A stretch of 64,000 nucleotides of DNA from the human T2T-CHM13v2.0 reference genome, Homo sapiens (GCF_009914755.1 NC_060928.1); one strand, 5' to 3'. Shown: positions 1-16,810, numbered from the stretch's first letter. The notes: generated from the letters alone by a model not told the origin. Program-made: numbers and translations.

Positions 1-77
1 TGATGGGGGTTCAACTCTTAGATCCACCCCTTTCCACACTGTGGGAGGCTGGGTCTCCCCAGCTCTGAGAGGCAATA

Positions 78-595
78 GGTTAAAAATAGAATTACCATAC
101 AACCGAGCAATTTCACCCCCAAGCATATACCCCAAATAATTTAAAACAGGTATTCGAACAAAAATCTGTACTCGAATGCTCACAGCAGCACTGTTTACAA
201 TAAGCCAAACGTCCTGATGAATAAAGAACATGTGTATATCCATATAATGGACTATTATTCAGCCACAAAAAGGAATGAAGTTCTGGTGCATGCTACAACA
301 TGGAGGAACACTGAAAACTTGATGCTAAGTGAAAGACGCCAGACACAAAAGGACACGTACTGTGTGATTCCACTTATCTGAAATGTACAGGGTCGGCAAA
401 TCCAGAGACAGAAGCAGATGAGTGGTTTGCCAGGGGCTGGGGGAGAAGGAAATGGGAAGTCACCAATGGGTACCAAGTTTCCTTTCGGAGTGGGGAAAAT
501 GTTCTGTAAGCAGACAGTGGTGATGGCTGCACAACACCTATTGACTGTAGTAACTGTCAATAACAGTAAATGTTAGGCTGTGTATACTTTACCAC
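78..595 (+). mobile_element. Old L1M (MB/MC/ME) 3' fragment
   Basis: CAGCCACAAAAAGGAATGAAGT...CATGCTACAACATGGA...GCTAAGTGAAAGA...TGATTCCACTTAT motifs. Confidence 0.75.
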
Positions 596-3089
596 ACACA
601 CAGAAACAGTGCCTAATGTTTAGGGTTATGGTACACAGAAGTCAGAAAATCTGAGCCGCTATTGCTACTACTGTTGTTGGCTGGTGGGAAGGGCACAGAT
701 CAGGAGACACAGTCAACAGAGTGTTGTGATGGAATGTATATGTAAGAAGCCAGACACAGGAGGAGCCAACAATGTCCCTGAATCCAGCTCGGGGGACAGG
801 ATGCTGGTGGGACCCACCGCTGCAGTGATGAGTTCAGAACCAGAAGTGGCTGAGAGCACCAGAATCAGCCCCACGTAAATCATACTTCTGAGATTCCCTT
901 AAACATGCTGCAGCCAAGTTCCACTGAGAATCACTGTAAGTACAGATTCCAAAGAGCATCTTTACCTTAAACCTCATTGTCTAAGAATAAAGAAAAAGAG
1001 ATGGTTATCCCGGCTTCCCCCCCAGAGTCCTCCTCACTTTCCTTCTTGTCTCTGGAAAAGAATCATCCACGATTACCACCCTTTAATCACATATTAGCAG
1101 GAGCAGATGCCTTTGATGCATTCTGTCACTGCATTTATGAAGAGCGATGCTGGATAAACAGGCCTTTCAAAACGAATGCTTTAAATGCTCAGAATCCAAC
1201 ACCAAGTTACAAAAGCATGATGAAGAATTGTTTACAGAGTTTGACTTCATTATGTACTAAATATATTCACAGTCTTGTGGATGGCGAGATGTGAACATGT
1301 TAGCAATGGTTCTCCCTGCTGGTGGGATTACGGCATGAAGCTATTTTATTCTTCCAACTTTTCTGCACGTGGAGGGTGGTGGTAAGAAGAGGACATTTCT
1401 TCAAAATGCCCACAGTGGCCTTATATTAAATCCCACCCACCCAACCCTTCGAAACACAGAAAATGCTTGATGAACATGGGAGATGAGACGAATGTTTCCT
1501 CCGGAACAGTCTAAGAATCATTTACTTGAAATCTTTTACTTTGAGCTTGAGACCCAAGAAACAGAGGGGTGAGTGGCTTGCTGGCCCTTGTCACACAGTC
1601 CCTGAGGGGCAGCCCTGAGGGCAAAGAGACCCTTGGCCTCCCAGCTGACAATTGGGGCAAGAGTGAGATCTCGAAGATAATCACAGGCAGAGACAATCAC
1701 ACTTACCAACGCAGCTTTGCTAATTTCCCAATCTAGCAAATAGCATCTGGAGTAGAGAACACATCACACAGCATGATTCTGACTGCAATGATGTTGAGTT
1801 CTGAACCTGGCCAGTTCCCAGAGCCTCCCTGGACAAGAGGTTTTTAAAATGAGAAAGTGGGACTAGATAATCTTTAAGGTCTCTTCCAGTTCAACAATTC
1901 TATTCTGATGTCAACAAAAAGGTATTAAGTGCCATCCAGAGGAATACTCTCAACTTCACACAGTGCCAGGCTTTAATAAATGATCCAATGCATAGGACCC
2001 CAGCCAAGGGCACAACTAGCTGGCCAGGGGAGGGCTCGGGCATCACAGCGTGCAGATGCTGGTCAGGGTCCAGCAGGAGGTTTACAAGTTGCCCAAAGAA
2101 CAGGTAAGCTAAGAACAGGATGTGCAAAACCAGAGCGTAATGGAAAACAAAGGCGCCCAGTGGCCCCGAGAGATGGTTAGCAGGGGTTAACTTTCCTGAT
2201 GGATCCTGAATGGAGGCCCCTCAAGAATAGAAAGCATTCAGGTTTGCATTTTAGGGAAGACCACCCCAGCGTGGACAATGGGCTGGGTAGGGAGTAAAAC
2301 TGGAGGCAGAAAGGATAGGATGCTGGGGCAGTAATGAAAACAAGAAATGCAGATTAGGGCAATGGTCAGTGGGCTTCGAATGTCCACGGAGAAGGCAAAA
2401 ATGATAACGTGCAATTGTGTACAAGCCCCCAGGCATACAAATGCAACTCACAGCCACGTGATTTTGCCTACAGAGTGACACGGGCCGCCACTGTGCTTCA
2501 AGGGCACCTCCTAAGCCTCGTCTTTGGGAAATTCTCACATCATAGATAGCTACCTATTGTGGCATTCCATCTCTTATAAATTAAGATGCTCTTTACATAT
2601 TAAAAACATTAATCTTTTGTCTCTTATGTATATTACAAATATTTCCCCAAGTTTCTCACTTATCTGAGTGCTGTTTTTAAAGTTTGCAACTATGTGTACC
2701 TAAATCCAGTTTTCTCCAGATCACATCCTAGTAGCCCATATTTACTTTTTACTAATTGCTATATTTAGATTTTAATCTAATTAGGAAATTCATCTTTGTC
2801 TTTATTTCAAAAGACCCAGTCAGTTGTTACCAAATTCATGCATGATACATCCTCCTCCTCCCGTTGGTTTAAAACATATTGATAGATGTGTGTGTAGATT
2901 TTATCTTTTGTTCCATTGGTCTGATGTTTCTCGTAGCAGTCAAATGCTGCATTAATGTAGCTTTGTAATATTTTTAATATCTGCTAGGGTAAACCCTCCC
3001 ACATTACTCTTCATTTTCAAAACCTTCCCATCTGGGTTCATAATTTATATTTTCAGATGAAACTATGATTTTTTTTCACATCCCCTCTA

Positions 3090-3434
<345 letters not shown>

Positions 3435-6085
3435 CTAAATGAATTGGGGTACCATAACAATTGGTTTAAATGTCTCTCTCTGATTAGACCTGAGATCCTG
3501 GCAGCAGAACACTGTGATCTGTTCTCCTGGTGCCCGGCACAGTACCCAGCCCTTTCATGGGCACATGTGATGAACACAGAAGGGGATATCTAGTGCCATC
3601 TGAGACCTGCACTCAATGTGTGATTCTTATCTTCTCTCAAAAAGACAGTACTCTCATCCAGGAGACAGAAAGGGGAAGACAACTTCTTGAGAAAAAATGA
3701 GAAACAATTTCTTGGGGCCTCATTTTCCTTGGCTGACATGTGTCAGTTTCACCCTCAGGAAAGTAACAGGAAATTAAGGAGACAATGGGGTAGCTCCCAA
3801 ATGTGGCAGAATCTCTATTTACACAATGGAAGCCTCACATCTTTACCTTGTATTTTTAAACTGCCTGATGCAAATGTCAGGGGTGCTGCCACCCTCCTGG
3901 CAAACTCATCCTATTCATCGCCATCACACCTGTCTGGTGTAATCCCACTATCTCTGCAGGTCCCCGCCGCCATCAGCCCTGCTGGAACACATGCTATGAC
4001 TGCCACGGCCTTGCCTCATCCTTATGTATGTGTCACATACAAGAGTAGTGTTTGGTTCATGCCTGACAAGCAGTCAACACTGGCTTAACCTAGAAGTCAG
4101 ATGTTCAGCTGCCCCTTCCCCAACTTTAATTAAATCTTACCTTCAAGACCCAATTGAATTCTTCCTCCTCCAGGAAGCCTGCCAGTCCACCCAGCCCATG
4201 GAGTTCTCTCTCTCTCTGCTGTCAGTGTCCATGGTACAAGCAATCTATATTTCAGGTCACAAACTCACAAATTCAGTGAGCGCTGTGCATTCTTCGGTCT
4301 TTTTTTTTCATGTAGTGCCTCAGTGTGAGGGTGGGGATGGTGGGTGACAGGCAACCCGAGTGTCCATGCTGCCGCACGCTCCATTACTTCCTAGCATCTC
4401 GCACTGAGCCTGAGGTACACTTATAGCACCTGTGTAGCCCCCGTGGGCATTGGGGCATGAGGCCCTGATGCAAAACATTCACTGTCAGCATCACAGAACA
4501 CTTGGCACAGCTGTGCTGTTCTCATGTGTAAATAATAGTAATAATACTGCTGACGACAACAGCTGACATTTATGGAGCCCTCACAGTGCCAGGCACTGTG
4601 CTGAGTACTTTACAGCCCTTGATCCATTTACCTCAACAACCATCCTATGAAGTGAACGTTGTTATTACTCTCATTTCACAGTTGGGGAAACTGAGGCCCT
4701 CAGAGGTAAGTGACGTGCCCAAGCTCACATGCAATCAGTGGAGGGACAGGGATTCAAAGCCAGGCCTTATGGTCCAAGAGTCAGCTGGGCCCACACAACA
4801 CCATAGGGCCATCCTGTGCATACACCTCCTCTTCCCACTCAACAGGGAGCTCCCTGAATGTGGTCCACAGCCTGGGGGCGCCTGTCCTGGGGGCTGGTGT
4901 GGCTGAAATCCAGCCCCAGCTCCACGGCCAGGACTTGCATCCACAGGTCTGCATCCCAGGGGGCAACTATTCCTCTTTCTCCTGAAGGCAACATGCAGGT
5001 GACGGGAAGCCTGGAAGACCTCGGCATGGCTCAATTCCATCCATAAGTGAGCCTGCGGCATCGGGGAAGAGCTCAGAAATACCCTTACATGAGCATTCTC
5101 TGCCTTTTATTACACTCATACAGCAACCAGCCACCTCCTCCTCCTGAGCAGCAATCATCGTCATTGACGACAATAAGCTCAATCACGGGATATTTACCTG
5201 TTGAGTGCCACCTACAATGTACCGCACAGTGGGGGACACAGGCAAATCCGACATGGCCTCACCCGCCAGGAGCTCACAGACCACCAGAAGACTGGTTACC
5301 AGTGCACCCGACAGCCTCACTAAACTGAACACTCACCTAACGCCAGCCTTGTACTTTCTCTTCGTCTCTTCTGTGCAGGACTCTGGCTCTCTGGGAGGCG
5401 GTGTGGTCCAGTGCCTGACAGCAGGGCTCTGGAGCCAAACTGCTTGGGTTCAAATCCTGGTCCTGCCACTTACTAGCCATGCAGAAAAGAGTTAACATCT
5501 CCAGCCAGAGACTGGCATCCTCTGAAAGCCCTTCCTGTAGGGCTGGGCCTCAGCTGATGTCTGGGAACATGGATTTTGGGAGGGTTTCCACTATTTTCTG
5601 GTAAGAGTGGCTCTCTGTTTTCAAACTGTCTGTACAAACAGTGTGGCTTATGCTGAGCACCTCCTTTCCTTCTGGGAGTCTGGAATCTTGGTATATGCCA
5701 GGCAGAGAGTGCCTACGTGGCCAGCCCCCAGTGAAAATTCTGGCACTGAGTCTCTAAGGAGCCTCCCTGGTAGATAATACTTCACATGTGTTAGCACAAC
5801 TCATGCTGGGGAGATGAAGCATCCCCTCTGTGACTGCTGGGAGAGGACTCTTAAAACTTGCAAGTGATTTTCTCCAAACTTCTCCTCATGCAACTTTTCC
5901 CTGGGCTGATTTTGCTTTGTATCTTTTCATTGTAGTAAGTCATAGCAGTGGGTACAACTACAGGCATGCATCACCTAACAAGGAAGAGATGTTCCTAGAA
6001 ATGCATTGTTAGGCAAATTCCTAATTGTGCAAACACCACAGAGTGACTTACACCAACCTAGATGATCTAGCCTACTACACACCTA

Positions 6086-7002
<917 letters not shown>

Positions 7003-7059
7003 TAAAAATATATGCTGTGCAGGTTTCTTCAGTAATAAGTTAATCTTGGCTTACTGTAA

Positions 7060-7262
7060 TTTTTTATTTTTTATTTTATTTTATTTTACTTTAAGTTCTG
7101 GGATACATATGCAGAACGTGCAGGTTTGTTACATAGGTATACATGTGTCATGGTGGTTTGCTGCACCTATCAACCTGTCATCTAGGTTTTAAGCCCCACA
7201 TGTAATTGCCCTTGCCCCCCATCCCCCGACAGGTCCCAGTGTGTGATGTTCCCCTCCCTGTG
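7060..7262 (-). mobile_element. L1PA 3' end fragment
   Basis: T-rich tail followed by TTTAAGTTCTGGGATACAT...CAGGTTTGTTACATAGG L1 3'UTR. Confidence 0.8.
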
Positions 7263-8711
7263 ACTTTATTACCTTTGTAATTTTTTTTTTAACATTTTGA
7301 CTCTTTGGTAATAACACAGCTTAAAACACAAACACACTGTACAGCTATACAAAAATAGTTCCTTTCTTTATATCCTTACTCTGTAAGCTTTCTATATTTT
7401 TAAGGTATTTTTTTAAAACACTTCTTAAACTTTTTGTTAAAAACTAAGACACACATTAGCCTAGTCCTGCACAGCATCAGGATCATCAATATCACTGCCT
7501 TCCACCCCGACACTCTGTCCCACTGGAAGGTCTTCAGAGGCAATAACAGGCATGGACCTGTCATCTCCTAGGATAACAATGCCTTATTCTAGAATCCCTC
7601 CTGACGGACCTGCCTGAGGCTGATTTATAGGTAAGCTTATTTCGGATTTGATCAGTGGAAGGGATACACTCTAAAATAACAATAAAAAGTATGTATAGTA
7701 AATACGTAAACCAGCAACATAGTCTTTTAGTGTCATTATCAAGTATTATGTTTTGTACATAATGGTATGTGCTAGACTTGTTATGATTGGCAGCACAGTA
7801 GGTTTCACACCAGAATCACCAAACAGGTGAGTAAACGCACCATGCTACGATGGATATTACACAACCACATTATCACTAGGTGACAGGAATTTTTCAGCTG
7901 CATTGTAATCCTGCGGGACCACCTTCATATATGCAGTCCACTGTTCACCAAAATGTCATTATGTGGCGCGTGACTGTATATGTAAGTCCCGTGAGTCACC
8001 CTAGAGAATCACCGAACCCGGGGGTGGGTGTTGGGGACCCTGACATTCTAGCCATGGGATACTGGGCAAATCACTTGACTTTAATGTGCCTCGGTTTCCC
8101 CATCTGAAATGGCAGAGATTTTAAAATAGAATCTGTCTCACAAGACTGTGGTAAAGATGACATAATTCCACATAAGTAAATTGCTTAGAATGCTTGGCAC
8201 CCAGTTTTAAGAAACGTGAAGTGTTGTTACCTGGTGAATTAACACTTGGTGAATACATGAGTGAGTGAACATGTGAGCTGCAAATGATTAAACTGAAGAA
8301 CAGAAATGGAGAAGTATTATGGTGAAGAGCAGAAGCAGAGAGACCCGCCCCACAGACTGCAGGCTTTGGGAAGATCTGGGAAAACACAATGTCACCAGCA
8401 GCTTGACCTAGTGGCAAACACTGGGGATAGGTAGGAGCGTGACTGGACAGTAGCACAGACGGGCAGTGGAGCCTCAGCCTGTCCAGCCCACGGCCTACCT
8501 GCCTTGTCCAGGTGGAGGGTCATCCAGGGAAACCAGTCAGATAGCCTCAGGGCACACGGGGGACCCGAGAGACTGCACAGAGTCCCAGTCTCAACGCATA
8601 ACTGGGGGACCAAGGCCAGCAGCTGGCCGCTCCCCATGGCTCCAAGGACAGGCAGGACCCACACAGCACAGGTGTGTCCTGAGGGTGCTCAGGGCATGTC
8701 ATGTCTCTTAC

Positions 8712-8765
8712 CGTTACGTTTTCTTCTGCTGTTATGGAAAAAAGCACTTTCAGCTGTGTTCTGTT
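8712..8765 (-). CDS. EVC2: EVC2 exon 7 (NRTQLKVLFSITAEENVT)
   Basis: Acceptor TTTTCTAG|AAC after a long pyrimidine tract, donor ACG|GTAAGA; 54 nt; cumulative CDS 870 nt; exon 8 lies beyond the left edge. Confidence 0.95.
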
Positions 8766-9666
8766 CTAGAAAAGGAAAAAAGAAAACACTTTCAGCAACA
8801 GTTTGGGGTCTGACACGTGGGATAACATTTGGTGCGATTTCCAACCCTCCAAGCCTGGAGCTACAATCAGCCCTAACTGCTGCACAGGTCAGAGCTTGTG
8901 AAGGTCTCACCATCAGGAGGAAGGGGCTTTGGGGATAGGATCCCTCCCTCTCTACTGGAGGCCGTGTGAAATCCAAACACCAGCTTCGCTAACATCCAGA
9001 GAAAGTCATGGCAGCATGCCCTTGTGGAGAAACGCTTGGGGTTGGGCACTGACTCCAAGCCTGTGACCAAGGCAGGTCACCTCCACTCTCCCAGCGTCTG
9101 CCTCCTTCACAGAGGTAGACGGAATCCTGGGCTCTGACTGCACTGCACGTGTTCTTCTCTCACTCAAACGCAAACGCACTTGATTCTCCAAGCCCCAACC
9201 CGCTGTGGGTCTATTCCTAATGCTCTCTAATATTCCTCTGCTGAGAAGATACAGGAAACAGAAAAATAAAGTGTGTCATGGTATCCACCTGTCTAACCGC
9301 ATGGTGACCGACAAGACCCACCGTGAGAACATACTTCTTCCTGGGGGTAAAGGCAGAATAGCTTGCCACTGACAGGCTGTCTATAGGGTGGTAGTTAGGG
9401 CCAGGCTGTCTAAGTTCATACAGGGCCCCACTGCTCACCAGCAGTTGGACCTTGGGCAAGGTATTAGCCTCTCTGTGCCTCTGTTTTCTCATCTGTGAAA
9501 TGGTAATCATATTCAACTCACAGAATTGCTATGAAGATTAACTTAGGTAATATAGAACCCTGAAGAGTGCCTGGCACTAGGGAATGCTATAAAATATTAC
9601 TGCTATTGGTGGCTGTAGGTAGTAGTAGTAACATTAGCAGCAGCAGCAGCAGTAGTAGCAATAGCA

Positions 9667-10333
<667 letters not shown>

Positions 10334-11230
10334 GAACCAGACCTTGGGACTTAGAGCTTGCAGCCCAGTGAGCTCAGCAACCCATGTAATTCTCATTACA
10401 GACGCGACTAAGGCATTTTTCTGTAACCTGAGCTATGCTCCTCCCAAGGTAGCAAATCCCCGATCCATGCCCTACAGATGTTATGGCAGCAGTGCTAGGA
10501 AGCAGTGGGACTTCCCAAATCCACTGTGGGCCAGCAGGCAACCTCATGGAGGCTTCAGCGAAAATCAAAATACCGTAAGTCCTCTTTTCATAGGAGGGAA
10601 ATGGAACAGTTTTAGAATATGACTCTAAAGAAGAGACACCTCTGAGGCATTCATTCCCTTGGCCTTTTCCATTCTTGAGTTACCTCTGCTTTGGAATACG
10701 TACGGTGCCTTGGAGTCTCAGGGTCTCCTGAGCTGGAGCCTGAGGCTAAGTTCAGAGCCCACATTCTAGTACATTCTGCTGTGTTCCCACAGATATGCAG
10801 ATAAGAGCCTAAAGCGTGCTATCAAAGCTTGTCTTCAGCTCTTTGTGAAACATAAATCCTCACTCCAGTACATGCATGCAGTTACGTTTTTTAGTTCCTA
10901 GCATGAAGCCAGAAAACATGGACCAAGTGGGATTCAACACAATGTTACTGAGCACCTATTACGTGCAGGGTTCTCTTTTTGGCCCTGGAGACACAGTTGT
11001 GAATAGGACACACTAGGTCCCTGGTTTCATGGAGCTGACATTCTAGTGAGGGAGTGGGGGAGGGGTTCCTAAGGGGTAGAGTCAATATCACAGACAGGAA
11101 CCAAACAAAGTAACAGGCGGGACTATTTCAGGGTGGGGCAGGGGAAGCCACGAGGAAGGTCCTCCCAGAGCATGCAGGGAGCCAGGCTCTGTGGAACCAC
11201 AAACCTCCCCCTGCTCAAGCCAGCCCGGCC

Positions 11231-11420
11231 CAGGAACACACACAGCTGGCCAGGAACACACACAGCTGGCCAGGAACACACACAGCTGCCCAGGAACACA
11301 CACACACAGCTGCCCAGGAACACGCACAGCTGCCCGGGAACACACACAGCTACACGGGAACACACACAGCTGCCCGAGAACACACACACAGCTGCCCGGG
11401 AACACACACAGCTGCCCGGG
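11231..11420. repeat. 20-bp minisatellite, 9 units (CAGGAACACACACAGCTGCC)
   Basis: Direct tandem units; two have extra CA dinucleotides. Confidence 0.95.
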
Positions 11421-12134
11421 GCTTCAGCTCCTGAGGCTCCTGCCTGAGGACATGGAAGCTTCCATTTCATTTCATTCAGAGTTTCTGATTTGCTTTCTGA
11501 TGCTTACCTTGTCTTTTCCTTATCATTACTTTACCTTATCTTGCTAATTTACTTGGTTTCCTGCCTTCTGAAATTGTTATGATTTCTTCTGGACCATTTT
11601 ATCCATGTTTTCCAAAATCTGCCTTTGTTCTCTATTTTTGTACCCTTATACTGAATTATTTCCTGAGAGAATTGTCCTTCCCAGTAGTTTTATGTCAATT
11701 TCTTGTATCTTGTATTTAGCCTCTTTCATGTTATCTAAATTTATCTAAGGTTTTTTGTTTTGTTTTGTTTTGTTTTCCCCTCATTGCAGCAGAACCACCA
11801 CACTGGCCTTGCAGCCTCAGGGTGGAAGGAGGCCTCAGGAGGAGGCTGCAGGGTACAATCTGATTCTGTTATGTGACCTGGGGCAGTCACAGTCATGCTA
11901 TGAGCCTCATCTTCCATGTCCGTGAATAGGGAAGACTTTCTCCAGAGGCTGAAGACACAATAAAATGACAAAAGGAAGCAGAGCATCATGATCTCCTTGA
12001 AGTCGGGGACCACATCTCCTCCAGCCTGTACCCGGGGTGTGCAGCACCTGCCAGGACAGGCAGCCAGCCAGCATTCACTGCGTAAGTGAACCCACCACAG
12101 GGGCAGTGAGAGATGGGGAGACTCACAGTAATGG

Positions 12135-12503
12135 TGTTATGGGCCAGACTGTGTTTCCCAAAATTTATATGTTAAAGTCTGAAGTCCAGTGCCCTAGGAT
12201 GGTGACTGCATTTGGAGACAGGGTCTTTACAGAGGTAGTAAGGTAAAGTGAGGTTGCTAGGCTGGGTCATGGTCTTGTATGCCTGGTGTCCTTATAGAAG
12301 AGGCTAGGACAGACGTGCAGCCAGGGAAGGCCTTAGGAAGACACAGGGAGAAGGCAGCCTCCAAAAGCCAAGAACAGGTCTCAGAAGGAATCAGCCCCGC
12401 AGACACCCTGATCTCTGGCTTCCAGCCTCCTGGACAATACATTTCTGTTGTTTTTAAGTCTAGTCTGTGGTACTTTGTTATGGTAGCCCTGCAAAATTAA
12501 TAG
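12135..12503 (+). mobile_element. MLT1-family (MaLR) solo LTR
   Basis: TGTTATGGG...ATTTGGAGACAGGGTCTTTA...TGGTACTTTGTTATGGTAGCCC motifs. Confidence 0.75.
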
Positions 12504-12823
12504 TAATGGTAACTACCGGTTAGTTGCTTACAGTGTGCAGGACACAGGGAAGAGAATTCACATGTATTGATTACCTATCCTTATGATAACCTCATGTGAG
12601 GCCCAGAGGGGTTAAGTAACTTAGGCAAAGTCACATGGGCATTACTAAGGGAGCCCAGTTCATGGCAAGGCGTGTGAGACTCCAGGGCCTATGCCCTTAT
12701 CTGCTAGGTGGCATCACTGAAGGAAGGAAGGAACTAACAGGTCTTCTGTCTGAAGTGTCCCTATTTCTAAAACAACCTCTCTTGGCAGTGGCAAGACAGA
12801 GATTAAAGTAACAAAGGTCATAC

Positions 12824-12933
12824 CCGTGACGAGCTCTGAAAGGTGAGTTGGGCAGGAAGCTTGAGGCTCTCCCCGTTCCCGAGGTCTCCAGCCTGGAGCG
12901 TGGCTGCGTAGCTGACAGCAAAGGCATCTCCCA
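12824..12933 (-). CDS. EVC2: EVC2 exon 6 (VGDAFAVSYAATLQAGDLGNGESLKLPAQLTFQSSSR)
   Basis: Acceptor CTCTGCGCAG|TGG, donor CGG|GTATGA; 110 nt; restores phase 0. Confidence 0.95.
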
Positions 12934-13491
12934 CTGCGCAGAGAAAAGCACATGTGACTCAGGGAGGGCTTGGCCACGCCCCCGGCTGCACCCCACCACA
13001 CCCCAGACACATCCTGGCCCCTGGCTTCAGTGGTTCCAAGGGAGGCCACCATGGCAGTGATGCCTGCAGCAAGGAAGCCCTTTGTATTGCACACAGCTGG
13101 GTGTGGGGAGGGAATTCTCTGAGTAGTAAGCTGGGGAGAGTGAGCTGGGTGGACTCCTGGACTCCCACTCCTGACGTTTCCATTCACGAGTGGGGGTGCA
13201 CCACCCGCAACAGGGCTGGCTCTCCTAGCCCTTTCTCACTGTGCAGCGCACCTCATCCCATAGGTAAGTTTGGGTGGGCTGTGCTCAGCCCATCCTGCTC
13301 GGGAGAGGCTGTACCAGGACTGGAGGCCTTCGCCTGATGTGGCCGGGTGGGTGATGGAGCCCGTCTAACTCTGCCAGTCACTGTTCTCACCTAAGCTTGT
13401 CCTCCAATCTGCCTTTCTCCCTAACAGAGTTTACTTATAGCCCTAAAACGCCACAATATGCCTCATTTCTCAATGTATGCAGACCTCAAAA

Positions 13492-13549
13492 ATATATATA
13501 GATACATATATACACACATATATAACATATATACACACACATATATATA

Positions 13550-13596
<47 letters not shown>
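13492..13596. repeat. (TA)n/(CA)n compound microsatellite
   Basis: TATA/CACA runs ending in a long pure (CA)n. Confidence 0.9.
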
Positions 13597-13679
13597 GAGT
13601 AAAGAAAAGAGGAGGAACGCTCACTTAGCCTAAGGAATCACTGGCATTTTTGTTTTAAAAATCCTCAACATTTTCATTT

Positions 13680-13820
13680 TTATTTAAAATTTTTTATTTA
13701 TTTATTTCTGAGACAGGCTCTCTCTATGTTGCCCAGACTAGTCTCGAACTCCCAGGCTCCAGTGATCCTCCTGCCTCAGCCTCCTGAGTAGCTGGGACTT
13801 TAGGTGTGGACCATGCTCAT
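13680..13820 (-). mobile_element. Alu monomer (FLAM/AluJ)
   Basis: Antisense single Alu arm. Confidence 0.7.
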
Positions 13821-14357
13821 CTCATTTTATTTTTATATAACCTAGAGCTAAGATAATGAACGTAAAGTGATAAAGATAATGGCAGTGACAATGACAATGA
13901 CGGGGAAAGAAGTCATAGTCAGACCTTCCCCATACAGTGATTTCATCACTCTCCACGTGCTGCACCTGCATTAACCCAGCTGATCTCCACACACTGCCCC
14001 GAGATGGATGGAGAACACGTGATTTTCTGCAACATACAGAAGAAGAAACTGAAACTGAGAGACAGTGACTGGCTTAGGATCACCCCGCTGATGGACAGGG
14101 AGCCACCTGACCCTCTGGGTCCCATCATCTTTTCCCCAAACAACACTGGCTCTAATAAAAGAAAAGCACCAAATAATAATGATGAGGTCAGAATGTCAAT
14201 GAACTGGGACCTGACTGGTCATTTGATTTTATAGTTATCTACTTATGCTTTGGGGAAAAAAAAAAAAAGTCACCTGTGCCCCAAGGTGAAAATCAATGTC
14301 ACATTCCTTGGCGTAGCGGTGAGTTCACAGATAAATATGATTTGGACACTGCCCTCA

Positions 14358-14756
<399 letters not shown>

Positions 14757-16623
14757 CCACCAACAAAATACCTCCTATTACCAGGAGCCCGGGAGCACTT
14801 TCCACAGCCGGGCTGCGTCATACTGCTTTAACTCCCTTACCCTCACAGCGCCTTCCTAGGTGGGTGTTACTAGCATGCCCAGAGGAGAGATGGAGAGCCA
14901 AGGTTCAGAGACATGCAGTGTGCACGTGCTAGAGCAGAAGTCCATGAATTCACGTGTGGAAAGTGCCTAGAATGGCCCTAGGCTCCAAGCAGGGAAGCAG
15001 GAAGGGGCAGGTAGTCTCTGTGGAAGTTTGGAGGCAGAGGGGTGACTTTGGGGCAAGGGACTGGGAAGAGCTTTCTAGAAAAGGTGACACCAGGGCCAGG
15101 TCCCAAAGAATAGAGATGATTTGTATATTCAGAGTTGGGGAGAGGTGCTTTCCTGACCCACACAAGAGCAAGAGTAGATGCTAGGAGATAGGAGAAGGGT
15201 AGGAAGCTGGGTCTGGCAGGAGCATGGACCATGAAAGGTCTGCGGGGAAATGAGATGAGAGACGTGCAGGACCACGGGCTGAAGAGGGTGTTGGACACCT
15301 TCCCTTTACCAGCAGAGTGTCTGGGTGACATTGTCTCCTTGATTCTATCTCTACGACTCCACAATGGACTGATATTCGCACAACCAGAGCACTTCAATAG
15401 CTTTGCAGAAGCCACGCAGCTTCTCAGTCACAAGGCTGGGAGTCACCCAGGTCCATCTGAGGCTGCATCTATGCTCTGCTCGTGGCTCCATGCTCCATGC
15501 TTTGAACACGAGTTAAGAATAGCGGATTCATCTTTATATCATTGAAGGCAGGAAAGCACTGAAGGTCACTTAGCTGGGACATCTCATAACAACTTTTATG
15601 ACATCATTTAAATGAGAGCCAGCAAAAAGGTCACTACTTGTGGGCAAGCTCCACTAGTAGCTTCTGTCAATAATAGCGTGTTAAGAAGGATTCTGAGGCC
15701 TTATCTAGGCTCAGAGGGAAGGAACAGCATGACTGATGAGCGATGTGTGCCGTGAGTACGGAGGCATGGAGTCGGTAAGAGTTCCAGGCGTGTGAGAAGC
15801 ATGACGGTTTAAAGGTTACCACGGTGCACAGGGAGCCACACTGCCTGAGCTTGACTCAGCCTTGACAGCGGCCAGCCCTATGACCTCGGGCAAGCTTCTC
15901 AGCCACTTTAGTCCCAGTCTCTTCATCTGTAAATGAGGTCCTACTAAGAATAAAAGATGTCTTTGCCCTCCTAGGGAAACTAAGTTCTGAAGCCATGGTA
16001 CCAACTGAATCCCAGAATTGGTCTTAAACCTGCTTAATTGACCAATAACAGCCCACCTCAGGAAACGAACCTCTGAAAGCCAACCAGTGAGGGTGGCAGA
16101 GTCTACAAGCCAACCAAGCAGCCCTGGAGTTACCCCAGTGAACATGCTTGAACACCTGAACACACCTGGACAGCTCAAGAACATGCTACTAAGACGGATG
16201 TCAACCCACTCCCACTCTGTCCGGCACAACCCAAAACAAACTCTTCATCTTCCTGAGTGATGGTTAATTTTGGTGATCTGAGTGACAGGTATACTGGGGT
16301 CCACTGTCAACTCTATCTTTGTGCATGTTTGAAATTTTTCATAATAAAAATAGACTATGTATTTTTAAAAATTTCCCACAACTCTTTCCCCAAATCCAAC
16401 ATCTCTCTAAGATAAATGAGAAATTCAGCTTTTTGGTTACAGATATTGAATGTGGTCTCTTTTCTCTTTTTTTGATACCCTGATAGTAAGATCCACTGTG
16501 AGGATTAGGAGAGTGAACATGTGTAAGGCTTTAAGAACATGCCTGACCCAGAACACATTCACCTGGAAGTATCTGTACATATTCTCATTTGTCATCCCTG
16601 ACTTCAGAACGCTTTGCTGTTAC

Positions 16624-16810
16624 CTTGCAGAAACTTCTTGCTAAAAGCCTGGAATCCTTCCGAGGTCCTGTTTCCCACAGAGTCCCAAATGGTGAGACCA
16701 GCAATGCTGTCCAGCAAGAGCAGCTCCGAGAGGTTGGCTGACGAGGTTGTCTTGGTGTTGTTAACAAGCAGCCATATGCGGGCTGTCTGTGCTTCACTCG
16801 ACCCAGACAC
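16624..16810 (-). CDS. EVC2: EVC2 exon 5 (VSGSSEAQTARIWLLVNNTK...FSKKFLQ)
   Basis: Acceptor CCCTAG|GTG, donor AAG|GTAACA; 187 nt; peptide in ORF 16604..16810; N-glycosylation sequons NNT, NLS, NRT. Confidence 0.96.

Noticed and set aside
11231-11420. CRISPR-like appearance of the 20-bp and 40-bp repeats
   Set aside because: Units abut with no unique spacers, there are no cas genes, and the DNA is human
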